From contig JBHGNT010000014.1 in assembly GCA_043228905.1 (NCBI GenBank), forward strand, positions 20,708,001 to 20,772,000: a stretch of DNA of 64,000 bases. Reading direction: 5' to 3'. Source of the stretch: Azolla caroliniana (taxonomy: Eukaryota; Plantae; Polypodiophyta). Position numbers and translations under genes: made by a program. The notes below the pieces were generated by a model that searched no databases, was not told where the DNA came from, and worked only from the letters and a program-made list of their open reading frames with translations. Below, in pieces: positions 12,569 to 24,300 of the stretch. Positions within the stretch are counted from its first letter, which is position 1. Each line of letters starts with the position of its first letter.

Positions 12569-13754
12569 TAAATGATTATTTCTGGAAAAGAAATAGGATA
12601 AGGTCAGAGAGATAGTCATAACATCATGTCGTGAAGTAAACCTATCATGGGCGAGCATTAATCGATATCATTATCTCACGTCAATACCCCTCTAGACGTA
12701 TGAGATGAGGTTCAAGATCAGGTTACTATGGTAACACAAAGGTGTTTTAAAAACCATGGGGGTGACAAATAAATGTCTTTCCCTGATCTCTATATCGATT
12801 TTTTCATGGTGGCTCCCCGAGGCTCAACCATGTATGTTCGCGTCATGAATAGTTTATACACACAAAAAAATGTTAACAATAAACTATGTTTCGATGCCCA
12901 CATATGTGGTTTCGGCTCTTTAAGTCCTATTATGAGGACCCCGAAGTGCACTTAGACCTCAAGTCTAAACATGTGTTATAGTCATATGTATCAACGATGT
13001 TGTATGGCCTTGGTCATATTTGAACTCGAGACCTCGAGAACAAATGCATTAAACACTTGAGCCAACCAAGTAGGTTGCTCTTCTTGAATGTTTCATGTTT
13101 CATGCGTATAAGGGATATGCGAGGCATTTGCCCATATATGTTTTTCTAAAAGAAACATATATGTCAAGAGTCCTTATTTCGCCCTCATTTACTACAACTA
13201 TGTTGGTACGTTACCTAACCTCAAGTCTCGTAATTACGATGGCATACGCCAAAGTGCAACCTAATGGTCAAGCCAAATGAGCCCTCTTTTCGTAGTAGGC
13301 CCACGTGGCCCATCACATGGTCACGTCATTACGAATGCCTCTTGTAAGAATGATCTCATGGTGGCATCGTATCCATGTAATGAGGGAGGGATATTGGATA
13401 CGTGTGTCATAAGAGCGACCTCACATGAAGTAGGTCAAGCCTTACGTACTCAAAATCATTATGGCTATAACGTTTCTTTACGTAATGAAATATCAAAGTC
13501 ACCAACGAGGATTTCAACAATAAAAAATTGTTGAAAAAAGGGATGGTGACAACGCTATTCTCACAAAAATGTGAGGACGACCACCAAGATCCTTTCCCCA
13601 AAAAGGAAAACATTTGATTTAAAATCACATAATAACTTATATACACATATGTATATTATCACATATATATGATCAACTATGTATACACGTGACCGCATAT
13701 GCCTATATTAAAGAAATCGTTATATTTAATAGCCAAAAATGACGTAATCAAGAT

Positions 13755-14010
13755 ACGTAATCGAGGCATATGCCTCTACGCACACGAGACATCCAAAAAT
13801 AAGGGTTCAACGTAATACACAATTGAGGTATTGACTTCTTACGCATACGAGACCACACGCATATCATTTACAACAAAATCGAGGTGTTGACCTCATACGG
13901 AAACGTAACATATGTTCGTGAATGTAATACGTAATTGAGGTATTAACCTCGTACGCATACAACACTCATCACATATTATTTATATGTCAAACGAGGTATT
14001 GACCTTGTGC
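13755..14010. repeat. Five-unit degenerate array with palindromic core GAGGYRTWRRCCTC in the chromovirus 5' leader
   Basis: Cores start at 13763, 13825, 13881, 13937 and 13993 (spacing 62, 56, 56, 56). Confidence 0.8.
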
Positions 14011-14264
14011 ACATATGTAAGCGTTTTAGATAACCAATTAAATACCACCACAACATCATTTAATTAATGAAAATAATCTACATATTAACCATACACATAA
14101 TTAGATGGGAGAAGAAAAAATAGACAAAAAATAACAAGAAAGATTACCGAAGTTCTTTGTTGATCCTTGTCTGCATGAAGGCCAACCGCACAACGATCGA
14201 TCACCATCCATCGAGAAGATAAGACCAACAAAAGAAACATTAGTACATAGGTTCGGATACCAAA

Positions 14265-14508
14265 TATTAGAGACATGTACTAAAGTAAACATTCGTGATC
14301 AAATGAGGGTAGTTAGGCCTCTTATTTATAGCGATACCCAAGGCCCCCAGGCAAGTTCACACTTGGCCTAATGGGTTGTCTCAATCCCGAGGATTAAAAG
14401 TAATCCTCGCCTTCGTTACACTCTCGTTTAACCCTCACACTTATCCACGTGTATAAAATACTACGGTAAATTCTCACCGCGGGATATTATATGGTCATGC
14501 CCGTAACA
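14265..14508 (-). repeat. 5' LTR of the chromovirus (244 bp, about 210 bp shorter than the 3' LTR)
   Basis: Matches 7703-7730 and about 7946-8157. Adjacent to the PBS and TSD. Confidence 0.93.
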
Positions 14509-14669
14509 CCCACCACGGGATGGTTGTTGGAAAATGCTACTAAGACCACAGTTCACCACAAATAGGGGGTAATTGGGCCCTTTAAATGGGATGGATTCTA
14601 AACATGGATCTCAAACCAAGGTTCTCACGCCAATTGGGGGATAGATCCGGTGCATCCATGTGGAAGGTG

Positions 14670-14934
14670 TGGTATGTTCTCACATCACCCAAGTTGAGAG
14701 GAAGGATGGGCTTGATTGATCCCCTCCCATAGTCCAAAGCACTACTCGCCAAAATGTGGTGTGAGGACTCCCACCACGGGATGGTTGTTGGAAAATGCCA
14801 CTAAGACCACACTTCACCACAAATAGGGGGTAATTGGGCCCTTTAAACGGGATGGATTCTAAACATGGATCTCAAACCAAGGTTCTCACGCCAATTGGAG
14901 GATAGATCCGGTGCATCCATGTGGAAGGTGTGGT
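14670..14934 (+). repeat. 261-bp tandem duplication within the L1-like LINE (second copy; the first is 7598-7702 + 14514-14669)
   Basis: Near-identical units joined at a TGGT microhomology. The second copy has the uninterrupted GAGGACTCCCACCACGGGATGG site. Confidence 0.9.
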
Positions 14935-17900
14935 GTGACATATGCCATAAGACGAGGGATGAAGTGTGGTCAACCCAACTCCGAACCTGCTGGCTCAAAT
15001 AACGCATCTTGTGGAACCCATGTATCTGAGATGAATCTGGTAAACTAATTGGATAAAGTAAGGGGTCGTCATGGGGAAGCATTGCAAAAGGTCCAACAAA
15101 GAGTATAGAATGTTGGAGGTGGTTTATGTCACTGCCACTACAAGATCAAGCCAACATACTCCATGGAATCAAGGGTGGATGAACTATGAGATCTAGAAGT
15201 GTGAACATTCTATTGCTTGGAGAAGTTGCGAGTCCAACAATGACAGTGGAAAAGTGGATAGGGAACGAGGAGGAGGGTTCTTTGATTCCAAGAGGTAGGG
15301 AAATACCGGATAGGATCCAAGGCCACGAGCAACGTGGCAATAAGAAACAAACAACAACAAACATGGTAATTCGAGTGCTCGCGTATACATGTTGTAAGTG
15401 GATTGTAGATCCCGATCCAATCAAAGTACAACCAAAATGGCACATATGTGCTCATGAAAACACATGGCTACGTAAGGTTAGCTAGGACCCTTTGAAATGG
15501 ATGTGGCACGATCCTTATGTGGGCCAAGGAAGCAAAGTAATCCCCTTCTTCCAATTCACAATCAGATTGGGTCGCCATATCCTAGCTACTCAAACTGATA
15601 GAGAAACGACCGCTACAAAGATACAACTATTGTTAAGTTTTGACAACAATTATGGAAATAGCAACACTCTAGGCAAAATAACCACATTTCAATGGTTATT
15701 AATACATAGGTCACTACCAACTAGAGCATGGTAGTGTGGGATCCTTAGCTCTCCTAATTGTGTAGTGTGCCCCAATGCAATAGAAACAATTCAACTATTG
15801 CATTTATGTCAGGTGCAAGGCACATTCAAGTGGGGGAATGTATGTTGCTTATCATAGCAAGCCCCAATTGACAGATAGGAGGAGGGGATCTCTTGTGCCT
15901 TTATCACCAATTGATGTTGGTGATAAAGGTACAAGAGATATTGTTTTCCACCACCGAGAATATTTACTCAACTTCCATCAATGCTAAAGCTCAATTCGTG
16001 TTGGAATTCCTCAGCCCAATAACACTATGGACTCTCTAGAAACAACGTTGTAGGTGGGTCTTCTCCAATCAAACCATGCACCATGTGACGATATTGTAGG
16101 AGATATGGTGTGAAGTTGTAGCCACGCTAAAGAGCCAATATGATGGCATCACGGGCGGATTCGATGGAACCGAAAGACAATGAGTAGCCTTCATCCAACA
16201 ATGGTCATCCTCGCCCTTTCTTGAATCAGTAGACCTCTACATATATGGAACTATCAAATCCCTTTTGGAATTTGTACATAACTGTCCATTGTAAAACTTT
16301 ATAACTAATGCAAGGAGTTTTGTTTTTGGAAAAGAAAAAATGATAAAGTAAAATAAAATGAAGTAGGAACGAAGAAAGGAGGCGTAAAGTCCCCTTCCTC
16401 AATCATGATGCATAAATAATAATATAATGATACATAAAGAAAGGGAAAACTTGTTTCCATCATTAATTAAGGTCCAACTTAAGGGTTAACGAAGTTTAAT
16501 AAGTGTTAACTATGGTCACATGTTTAAGTTGTCATTGATCCTTTGTGAAGTGGTCACATGTTAACAATGAGAAAGCTAATTAATCACATACTCAACCACT
16601 CAATGATGTGTTCATTGTCACTAGCCATGGTGTCATCACAAATCCCTCACATATATATGGGGCCAAGTGTGAAACAAAGGAGCAACACTTTTGTCATGAT
16701 TTGTCTTCACCATTGTCGATAATGTCACGATAATGTCTAAATACGTCTCGCATAACTAGGTCTGTTGTCTTGTGACTATCTAATAATCTCGGTCCATGGA
16801 AGAAAAATGGGCCATCATAGTGAACTAATCTACCCATTGCGAGGATTTTATTAGCAACTGTATATCCTAAACCCTAAACCCTTGGAAGGTGAGATATTTC
16901 TTATTAACCAAATAAATGGGGTTCCATTGATCGTGAATAGCCAATAATAGTTGCAAAAACTCATACACATAATATCAATGCATCTTTGATTTAGAACATA
17001 CATCACAAGTGCAAACATAATGCTCAATGAAATTACAAATATAAGACCACTCATACTTTTGAGTAACTAGCTCCAAAGTCTTGCATACTTCAATATGCCT
17101 ATTCATTAGTGAATCATGGTAGAGTATTGCTTGAATTCAAGACATCAAGGACATACACGTGGTTGTTTCGAATGAGTCATCCATCATACCAATTAAATTA
17201 TTCATAATTTGTAAGAGAGCAAGCAACACATTTTGAAACAACATGATCGAGTGGTTAATAAGCCCTTTCTTTCCTAGGGGGTGGTTGAGTAGTTTGGCGC
17301 CCTTCTTTCCCTTCCTTGGCCTATACTTCTATATGTTTTGTTTAATTAATTAAGTAAAATCTTACAACTGTATTCTAGTTGGTACATTCGTTGAGATAAC
17401 TCTTCATATTCTTGTGCCTTCGTAGGGTTCACTTGTTACAACCTAGTTGTAAGGTACTTTAGCAAAGATAGAAGATACATATATTTTTGCTTGCTAAATC
17501 CACTCTTAACAATCTATATTAATTTCATACAACTCAAAGAGAATGAAGCATCATTAACAATGGCACGTAGTTTGTAAGACTCTAGGTTTGATTGTGCATA
17601 CTAATGTTGAGGAGGCGCCAATGTGTTGTGGATTGAAAGCATTGATTTGGCTAAGGCTTCAACTACAATTGGTGGTATTGATGTGATCAAATGGCGCACC
17701 GAGGCTGTAACTCAAGTATAATCTTGGCGATGATGGTTGATCGCTAACCACCATAAGTACACCGATATCCATTGTGGTGTCTATGCTAGGAACCCATATG
17801 TATACTCCATATAACATGACATAGGTAACCACAACATAGCAAAGGGCTGATATGGTGTGTGGTTGTATCACAGGCCATCTAATGAATGTAAGCAAAGGAG

Positions 17901-18096
17901 AGAGCCCAGATACCGCCATTGTCTTCAGGGGAAGTGAGATATGAGTTGTGGGGCCACGACAGAAGAAGACATTCTTAGAAGTTAGAAGGAAGTTGAGGGA
18001 GATTTCCCAAGAGCACCTCCAATGTGCTTACACTACAACGAATTACAAGTACAACTTGGGTTCACTACAACGAATGTACTCCCTTTGCCCTAAGGG

Positions 18097-18097
<1 letters not shown>

Positions 18098-18134
<37 letters not shown>

Positions 18135-18234
18135 GGCCCACAGTAATTCCCTTTTACTTCGTTTTTTCACTTGATCAATTGAAACCCTATCGCCGATTTC
18201 TTCACAGACGCCAATCCTCGCAGGTATTCTTCTC

Positions 18235-18266
<32 letters not shown>
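18098..18266. repeat. Two (CT)n microsatellites
   Basis: Direct reading: CT runs at about 18098-18132 and 18229-18266. Confidence 0.9.
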
Positions 18267-20176
18267 AGTTCTTGTTGTTTTTAATACAGAGTCTCTTCGC
18301 TGAACTTTTTGTTCGTTAACACAACTTTTTATCATCTCCATTGAATCACTTACACGTGTATGCCTGGGATCGATCACATGCATGTTTGTGATTTGGGTTG
18401 ATCAAATATTCTTGCTCAATTTGCGTATGCTTTGGGCCAATCACAAACATTTCTTAGAGCCCACCACATAAGTGTTGGATGGCCTATGAAACCTCATAGA
18501 ATCAGATCTTACGATAGTTTTAATTGTCTTATATTACGCTTTTACTTTTGATTCTCAATCTTGCATTGCTTAATTTATCTCGTTCAACGAAACAATGGTA
18601 CCCGATAATTTATCTAATTTATCATTATTGTTTGCCCACTATGGGAAAAACAGTAGTTTCTGGAAGTGTTTAGATTTCCAATATCTCTTCTAATGACTCT
18701 CCTCAATCTTCTCCTTGTTTTTTTAATACAAAATTTGCCGTATAAAAACGTTCTAATGCAATTTTCGCTTCCTTGCTAACGGAAAACCAGTGTGTCCCTT
18801 TACATGTTATGGAAATTAATCCAAATTAAATGGTACCCCATCTCTCTTTTCCATGAGCTGTTTCACATGGGCCTTGCTTCATTGTCATTCCACATGAGGT
18901 CAAACTGATTACATGTTTATTTGAGTCAAATGCATGTTCCTGCATTGACTTCGTCATAAACAAAGCATTGATTGCTATGGTGATACTCTCACTACACATT
19001 TTTGTCATTCTATGTAGTTTGGTAAGACAATCGAAGGAGATATCATGTCTATCACTCTAAATAATAAAAAATCCCTTTTTTGTAAGGGGCATGGATTCAT
19101 TGAAACATTTGAGAAAGAGTGTCTCGATCATTCTAAATTGAAAAGAAATTCCTTTCTTATAAGAAGTATTGATTCGTTGAAACAGTATTTGTTAATTTTG
19201 CAATATTGAGCATCGTGGCTGGAGCGATTTGTGCAATATTTGAGCTGCATTTTTACCATCATAGCTTAAATTCATGTCAGTAAGTGTGCCCCTTGAAAGT
19301 GGGTTTCCACATCTAGAAGCCACAAATCACAATCAAGATATTCACTATGTATTGAATAAGCCACATATTTATAATGAATGTCGTCTAAATATCACATTCT
19401 TATCATTCTATGTGAAAATAGGTTTACTGATTAGAGTAATGTGTAGCTCTTAAATTTTAGTCTATCAAGAGTGTGCCTTTGCATTTTGAAGCTGTAAAAA
19501 TGCCCAGACCAAAAACAACTTGTAATATTGATACAATTTAATGTAATCTAAGGTTCATCAATTTAGATGACAAAGAATTTCTCTCTTTAACTTTTTATCC
19601 AAGGGATTTCTTTATTTTTAGGGATTAGTTCAAAGATTACACTCTTAAGAGCATGGGTTTTCCATTCAGAAACTAGGATTGTCTAGTATATCAACACGAT
19701 TGTGCTCAATAATATGTCATTAAGAGTTGTCTCATCAACTTAATATTCATAGGTACATGAATTATCTTTCTTGTTGCGACATAAACGACATGAATAACCA
19801 CTAGAACAATATTAAATACAATATATCTTTTAAAAATGTTGTATTTACATTTAGAAGTCCCAAAAGAATTTCTTGATCTTGTATATCAACACAATTATGC
19901 TCTAGGAGATTTATCTGAAAAATGTTTTTGTCATTAAATTTTAGGCATGGATAAAAGACTTCCCCATTCAATATTGTTGCTGCTACTTGAAAATTACAAA
20001 TTACTACCTATGACATGTATTTCTTTTTTTATTGTTAAAATAAAATCTCTTGTACCTATCGTTAAATGCAACTTATCTAAAACCCAACATCTTTTACGAT
20101 TTGACATATTTTAGGTCTATTTACAGGAAGATTAGTGTATCCTTGTCTAATCTTTGCACCCCAAACCCTAATGATC

Positions 20177-20842
20177 TGTTAGATATAATCAATTATCAAT
20201 CCCAACTTGTCAGTTTATCCCCACATGTATTCTTCGAGTGTGCTTTTTGTGATAGCACCCCAAATGAGGAGTAGCCATTGTACAACCTGATGAGATGTAA
20301 ATGTGGGGAACCGTATATGTGTAGGATAGAATGTATTCAGGAAAGAGGGAAGTAGGGTAATGGGATTGACTAGTCAATTGGACTAGAAGAATATTCTGTA
20401 TTGGTAGGCTAAGATGTACTTAGTTTTGAAGTATGTGCCATTGAATTTAAGATAAGTACTATCTAGCACTAGCTTGTATCTAGGGTGTTGGGTCATATTA
20501 AATGATAAATCAGTTGACAGAAAAGGAACTATATGCTACTATCAACTGCCTTGCATATTTAATGTGACAATAAGACCAAACACAGAATATAAATATCCAC
20601 CCTCTATCTCTTACACAGCTGCTGTGGCTATTATTTGTGTCAACTAACTTTGTAGTTGACTAGCCCAGATCTCATCTAAGCTCTAAGGTGTGAGTGCATG
20701 GGAGGACTGATCTATGCTCTAAGGTGTGAGTGCATGGGAGGACTACCATTGTGAGCTACTCTCATATGTAGTATTGCCACATATTCATCTGTATCAGTGT
20801 AACTCTATATGCCTATCTAGTCGATTCTCAATATTTCTAACC
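20177..20842 (+). mobile_element. Solo LTR (666 bp) with 5-bp TSD
   Basis: Begins TGTTAGA and ends TTTCTAAC(C), with the terminal A mutated. Flanked by TGATC at 20172-20176 and 20843-20847. Homologous to the LTR at 1-419. Internal 36-bp-period duplication at 20680-20744. Confidence 0.85.
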
Positions 20843-21306
20843 TGATCTTCAATTAGTGACACTCTAATCATCATGGTCTCCAACTAGCAGCACCATAACC
20901 ATATCAATCACAACAAGGGTGGAAGAAAGAGATTTATTAGTACAGTCCATAATTCTTAGACTCATATGAAACAACTCATTAAGCATAAATGTTGAAAAAG
21001 AACGACTGGACTCCTCAAATATGCGCATGTCTATGTGTGCAAAAGTATGAGGCAATAGATATGCAAAGTAGAGCACAATTTCTACATTTAATTGTATTCC
21101 AACCAGCCAAAATAATTTCACACAGTAAAACTATCTGTCAATTTGAAGGATCAGCTACACGCTGCAAGGTTATTTTTATAATAAATGGAAGAAGCATCCA
21201 ACCAAAGAGGCCGAGGTTAGTATTTTGCTCCCTTTCCTGTTGCAGCAATACCATCTTCTTTTCTTCTAATTACAGTATGTTGTCTCGGAATCCACTATAT
21301 TTTGCA

Positions 21307-24300
21307 ATGAGCTCAGATGATGCAAGTCAAGTGGTAGTTCTCATTGATGTTAACCCATTCTTTTGGGGAAGGAGGAGCACTAGTTCTACAGGTCTCACCT
21401 TCAATCAGTTCTTGCAAAATGTAAGTTCACAATCTACACATGCTTGTCATCTATGCTTGTAGGATGCTTTTCATTTTTCTTGTTCCATGTGATCAAATGA
21501 TTCTAATCATTGTTAATTTTGTACAAAGGTTCATAAGAGAATGTATCTGGTGTTGATTCTAATCATTCTGTGGTGAACTTCTTTGAGAAATGATCAATAT
21601 CCAGAAACTTTTATCTCATTCAAATTTAGATTTAAGGCTGTCTTGAGTAGATCTTCAAAACGTTTGCTGTCCAGGTGTATGAGAATTAATAGATTCTCTT
21701 CTAGTAGCGACTCATCAGGTATAGGTGAGTCCAGACCAACCAGATGTAGGTGGGTGAGAGAGGGATCGTACAAGTTTTAACATAAAATCTAGGGGGTTTG
21801 CGACATCATTTTATTAAAGTGGGCATTTGGACCAGTTGGACAGTGTAGGTTAAAAATTTCCAGGTGGCCCAAGGCCAGAAGTCCAAAGTATAATGCTTGC
21901 ACAAGTCAAATATCCCTAGAAAGAACCAGAGAGAGCTTCTAGGAGGAAACATCAAAGTGTACATGACAAGAGTCCTTGGGGTCTTAACCTACCCCAATAC
22001 TGCAAGATGCTCTGATGAACTTTTTCAAGAAATGATTGATATCTTGAAAACTTTTATCTCCTTGAAAATTTTCTTGAGTAGATGATCTGCAAAATGTTTG
22101 CTTTCCACTTCGATGTTGCATTAACAAAGTTATACTGCTATATACCTGCAAATGTAAGCTCCAATTCTCTGCCTACTTGTGATCACTCGTTTCTAGTCAT
22201 TGTTCATTTCGTGTAATATGCTTCTTCTGAACAACTTAAACCAGCTTGTTGTCAGTTCATGTAAAATATAAGCTCACATTCTATGCATGCTTGTGATCAC
22301 ACAATTCAAGTCATCATTCCTTTCATGTAAGACACTTTTTATTATTTCTCGTTGCTTTGTGTTTGATCACTAAATACCTTGTGATCAAATGTTTCTAATC
22401 ATTTTTTGTTTTGCAAAAGTTTATCAGAGAATCATGTTGTGTTTGAACCCTATCAAGGATCGAGAGGCACCCCATGTCAAACCTTTTTAGATATCGATTA
22501 TTTCATTCAACAGTTCATCAGAGAATCTTGTAGTGTGTGGATATGATCAAGGTTCCGTAGGCGTTCTTTTCTGTTTAAATGAGTTTTCAACAGAATTGAA
22601 ATCTTATGGATTTTCAATGAAAGTTTTAAAGAAATGATCAATATCAAGGAAACTTTGATCTGTTTCTAGTTTAGATTTGAGGCTCTCTTGAATAGATGGT
22701 CTGCAAAATGTTTGGTTTCCATGGATATGTTATATGAAGATGTACCACCATATGTGTGAATCATGCTCATTAAAATTTCCAATCCAGGTGGTCTTATTCA
22801 TGAACTCAATTCTTCTGCTGAACAACTTAAACCAGCTTGTTGTCATAGCCTATGGAGCCCGCACATGTGGTTTTGTGTTCAATTCTGAAAGCAGCTCAAG
22901 TGAACCTTCAGGGAGTAGGAATAAGAGACAGCAGGCCTCTTTTCCATCAAGAATATTAAAACAGTTGGAGAGGTTCTTACAGAAGGAAAATGTCTTACCT
23001 GAAGAAGTGAATTTTAACGAGTTTTCTCTGTTATCTGGAGCTCTCTCAATGTCACTTTGCTGTATCCTTACCTTTACCACTCCAAAATATCAGTATGAAA
23101 TATTCAAAATGTGAATCTGGTTGTGCATCCACTATATTAAGGCATTCTTGCACCCAAGGTTGGAGGATTTTCTTTGACATAATGCAGATATACAAAGAAC
23201 ATTTAAAGCCGGTCCTTCACACCCCCAACCTCGGGTAATACTTCACATTAAATGTTCATTTAGACTTTGAGAATATAAGGCCTTCGTTGGGTCAAAGTTT
23301 TATTCTGCACATTGAGCTACTTCTTCTGGTTGACTTTTGTTCATGACCTCTGTAAAAGGCAGAATAATTTGAGTTCCTATTTGTTGAATTATCTTTTGCA
23401 TAGTGTTTTGGTATTTTACAAGTTACCGGAACTTGCTTTTCTATCTTACTGTACTAATAATGTTGTAAGAATTCTTTTGAGGTTTCTTTTCATTTCAAAA
23501 AGTAAGAAACAGTTTTGTAGTTAAATCACAATACAAATCATTAGGTATATATTTATTTATTTACATTCTGTATACATTTATGCAAAGCACACAATTTGGA
23601 TTACATATATAAGCAATTATTCCATTTTAAACCTTACATTCATTTACTAATTTTATTCTGTTTTAAACGTTAAGTTCTGTTACTCTGTAATTAATAATCA
23701 ATTAGGTTCCACAGCAAAGTTTAAATTTAATCTCTAAAATTGTTCGATAAATTTAGCTTTACTGATCAGCATTAGTTAAAAGTGTTACGTAAACTAATGA
23801 CTGAAGTTTGAATTAGTATGAATATGTCCATGTAGATGCCCACATTTTCAAAAAATGTATTTTGATAAGAGGAGTTTTTGTCACAGATACTGTGCTTGCA
23901 AGGAAAAGGTGATGCTCCCCAACAGTATGTATTAACAATCCCTATTTTGTGCTTGTTTTTTTTAGCATTTTGTATTTAACTAAACCCCATCTTTGTGGAT
24001 TTCTTGATCTGCATAGGTATGTGGCTATTATGAATGCTGTGTTTTCAGCTCAACGGTTAATGGTGAAATAGCATCTTCCCTTATCAAGTTACCTCTTTCT
24101 TATTGAAGTTGTTGCATTCTCTCTGATGGTTCACACCTCAGCACTAGGTTGAGTTAAAGAAAGACCAAGGTTCTTATAATCATTAGGTTATGCATTCAGA
24201 TTTGTGTAACCTTTGTTGCAATTTGGGGAAACCTCTCTCTGATAATGGACAACCTTACCAAAATTTACTTCGAGTATATTTATGCATATAGAAATAACTC

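Larger units (their letters stand above)
7703..14508 (-). mobile_element. Full-length Ty3/gypsy chromovirus LTR retrotransposon with disrupted gag-pol
   Basis: LTRs at 14265-14508 (5') and 7703-8157 (3'). TSD CCCAC at 7698-7702 and 14509-14513. tRNA-Met-like PBS TGGTATCCGAACC next to the 5' LTR. PPT AAAGAGGGGGAGTA at 8158-8171. Domain order gag-PR-RT-RH-INT-chromodomain. Confidence 0.96.
7434..16354 (+). mobile_element. 5'-truncated L1-like LINE, split by a gypsy insertion
   Basis: 14-bp TSD AAAATGAAGTAGGA at 7420-7433 and 16355-16368, preceded by TT (TT/AAAA L1 endonuclease consensus). A-rich tail at about 16330-16354. Decayed ORF2 C-terminal motifs KLSLARCIIVANEVLLAT*WY, AKVVWYVLTSPKLRGRMGLIDP and CVVCPNAIETI. 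Confidence 0.85.

Noticed and set aside
13755-14010. CRISPR array interpretation of the palindromic-core array (also considered for 30780-31260)
   Set aside because: Cores are short and degenerate, spacers are partly homologous, the context is a plant nuclear genome and there are no cas genes.
16866-16882. Telomere-like (AAACCCT)2
   Set aside because: Only two units; too short to call an interstitial telomeric repeat.
17948-18383. ORFs with SLSLSL/ERERER runs
   Set aside because: Translation of (CT)n repeats with no domain. The surrounding 16400-19900 may be TE debris, but I found no termini or TSD.
22011-22035. Hammerhead-like CTGATGA..GAAA (also CTGATGAG at about 20287)
   Set aside because: No proper stem II closing pair or flanking stems I/III.
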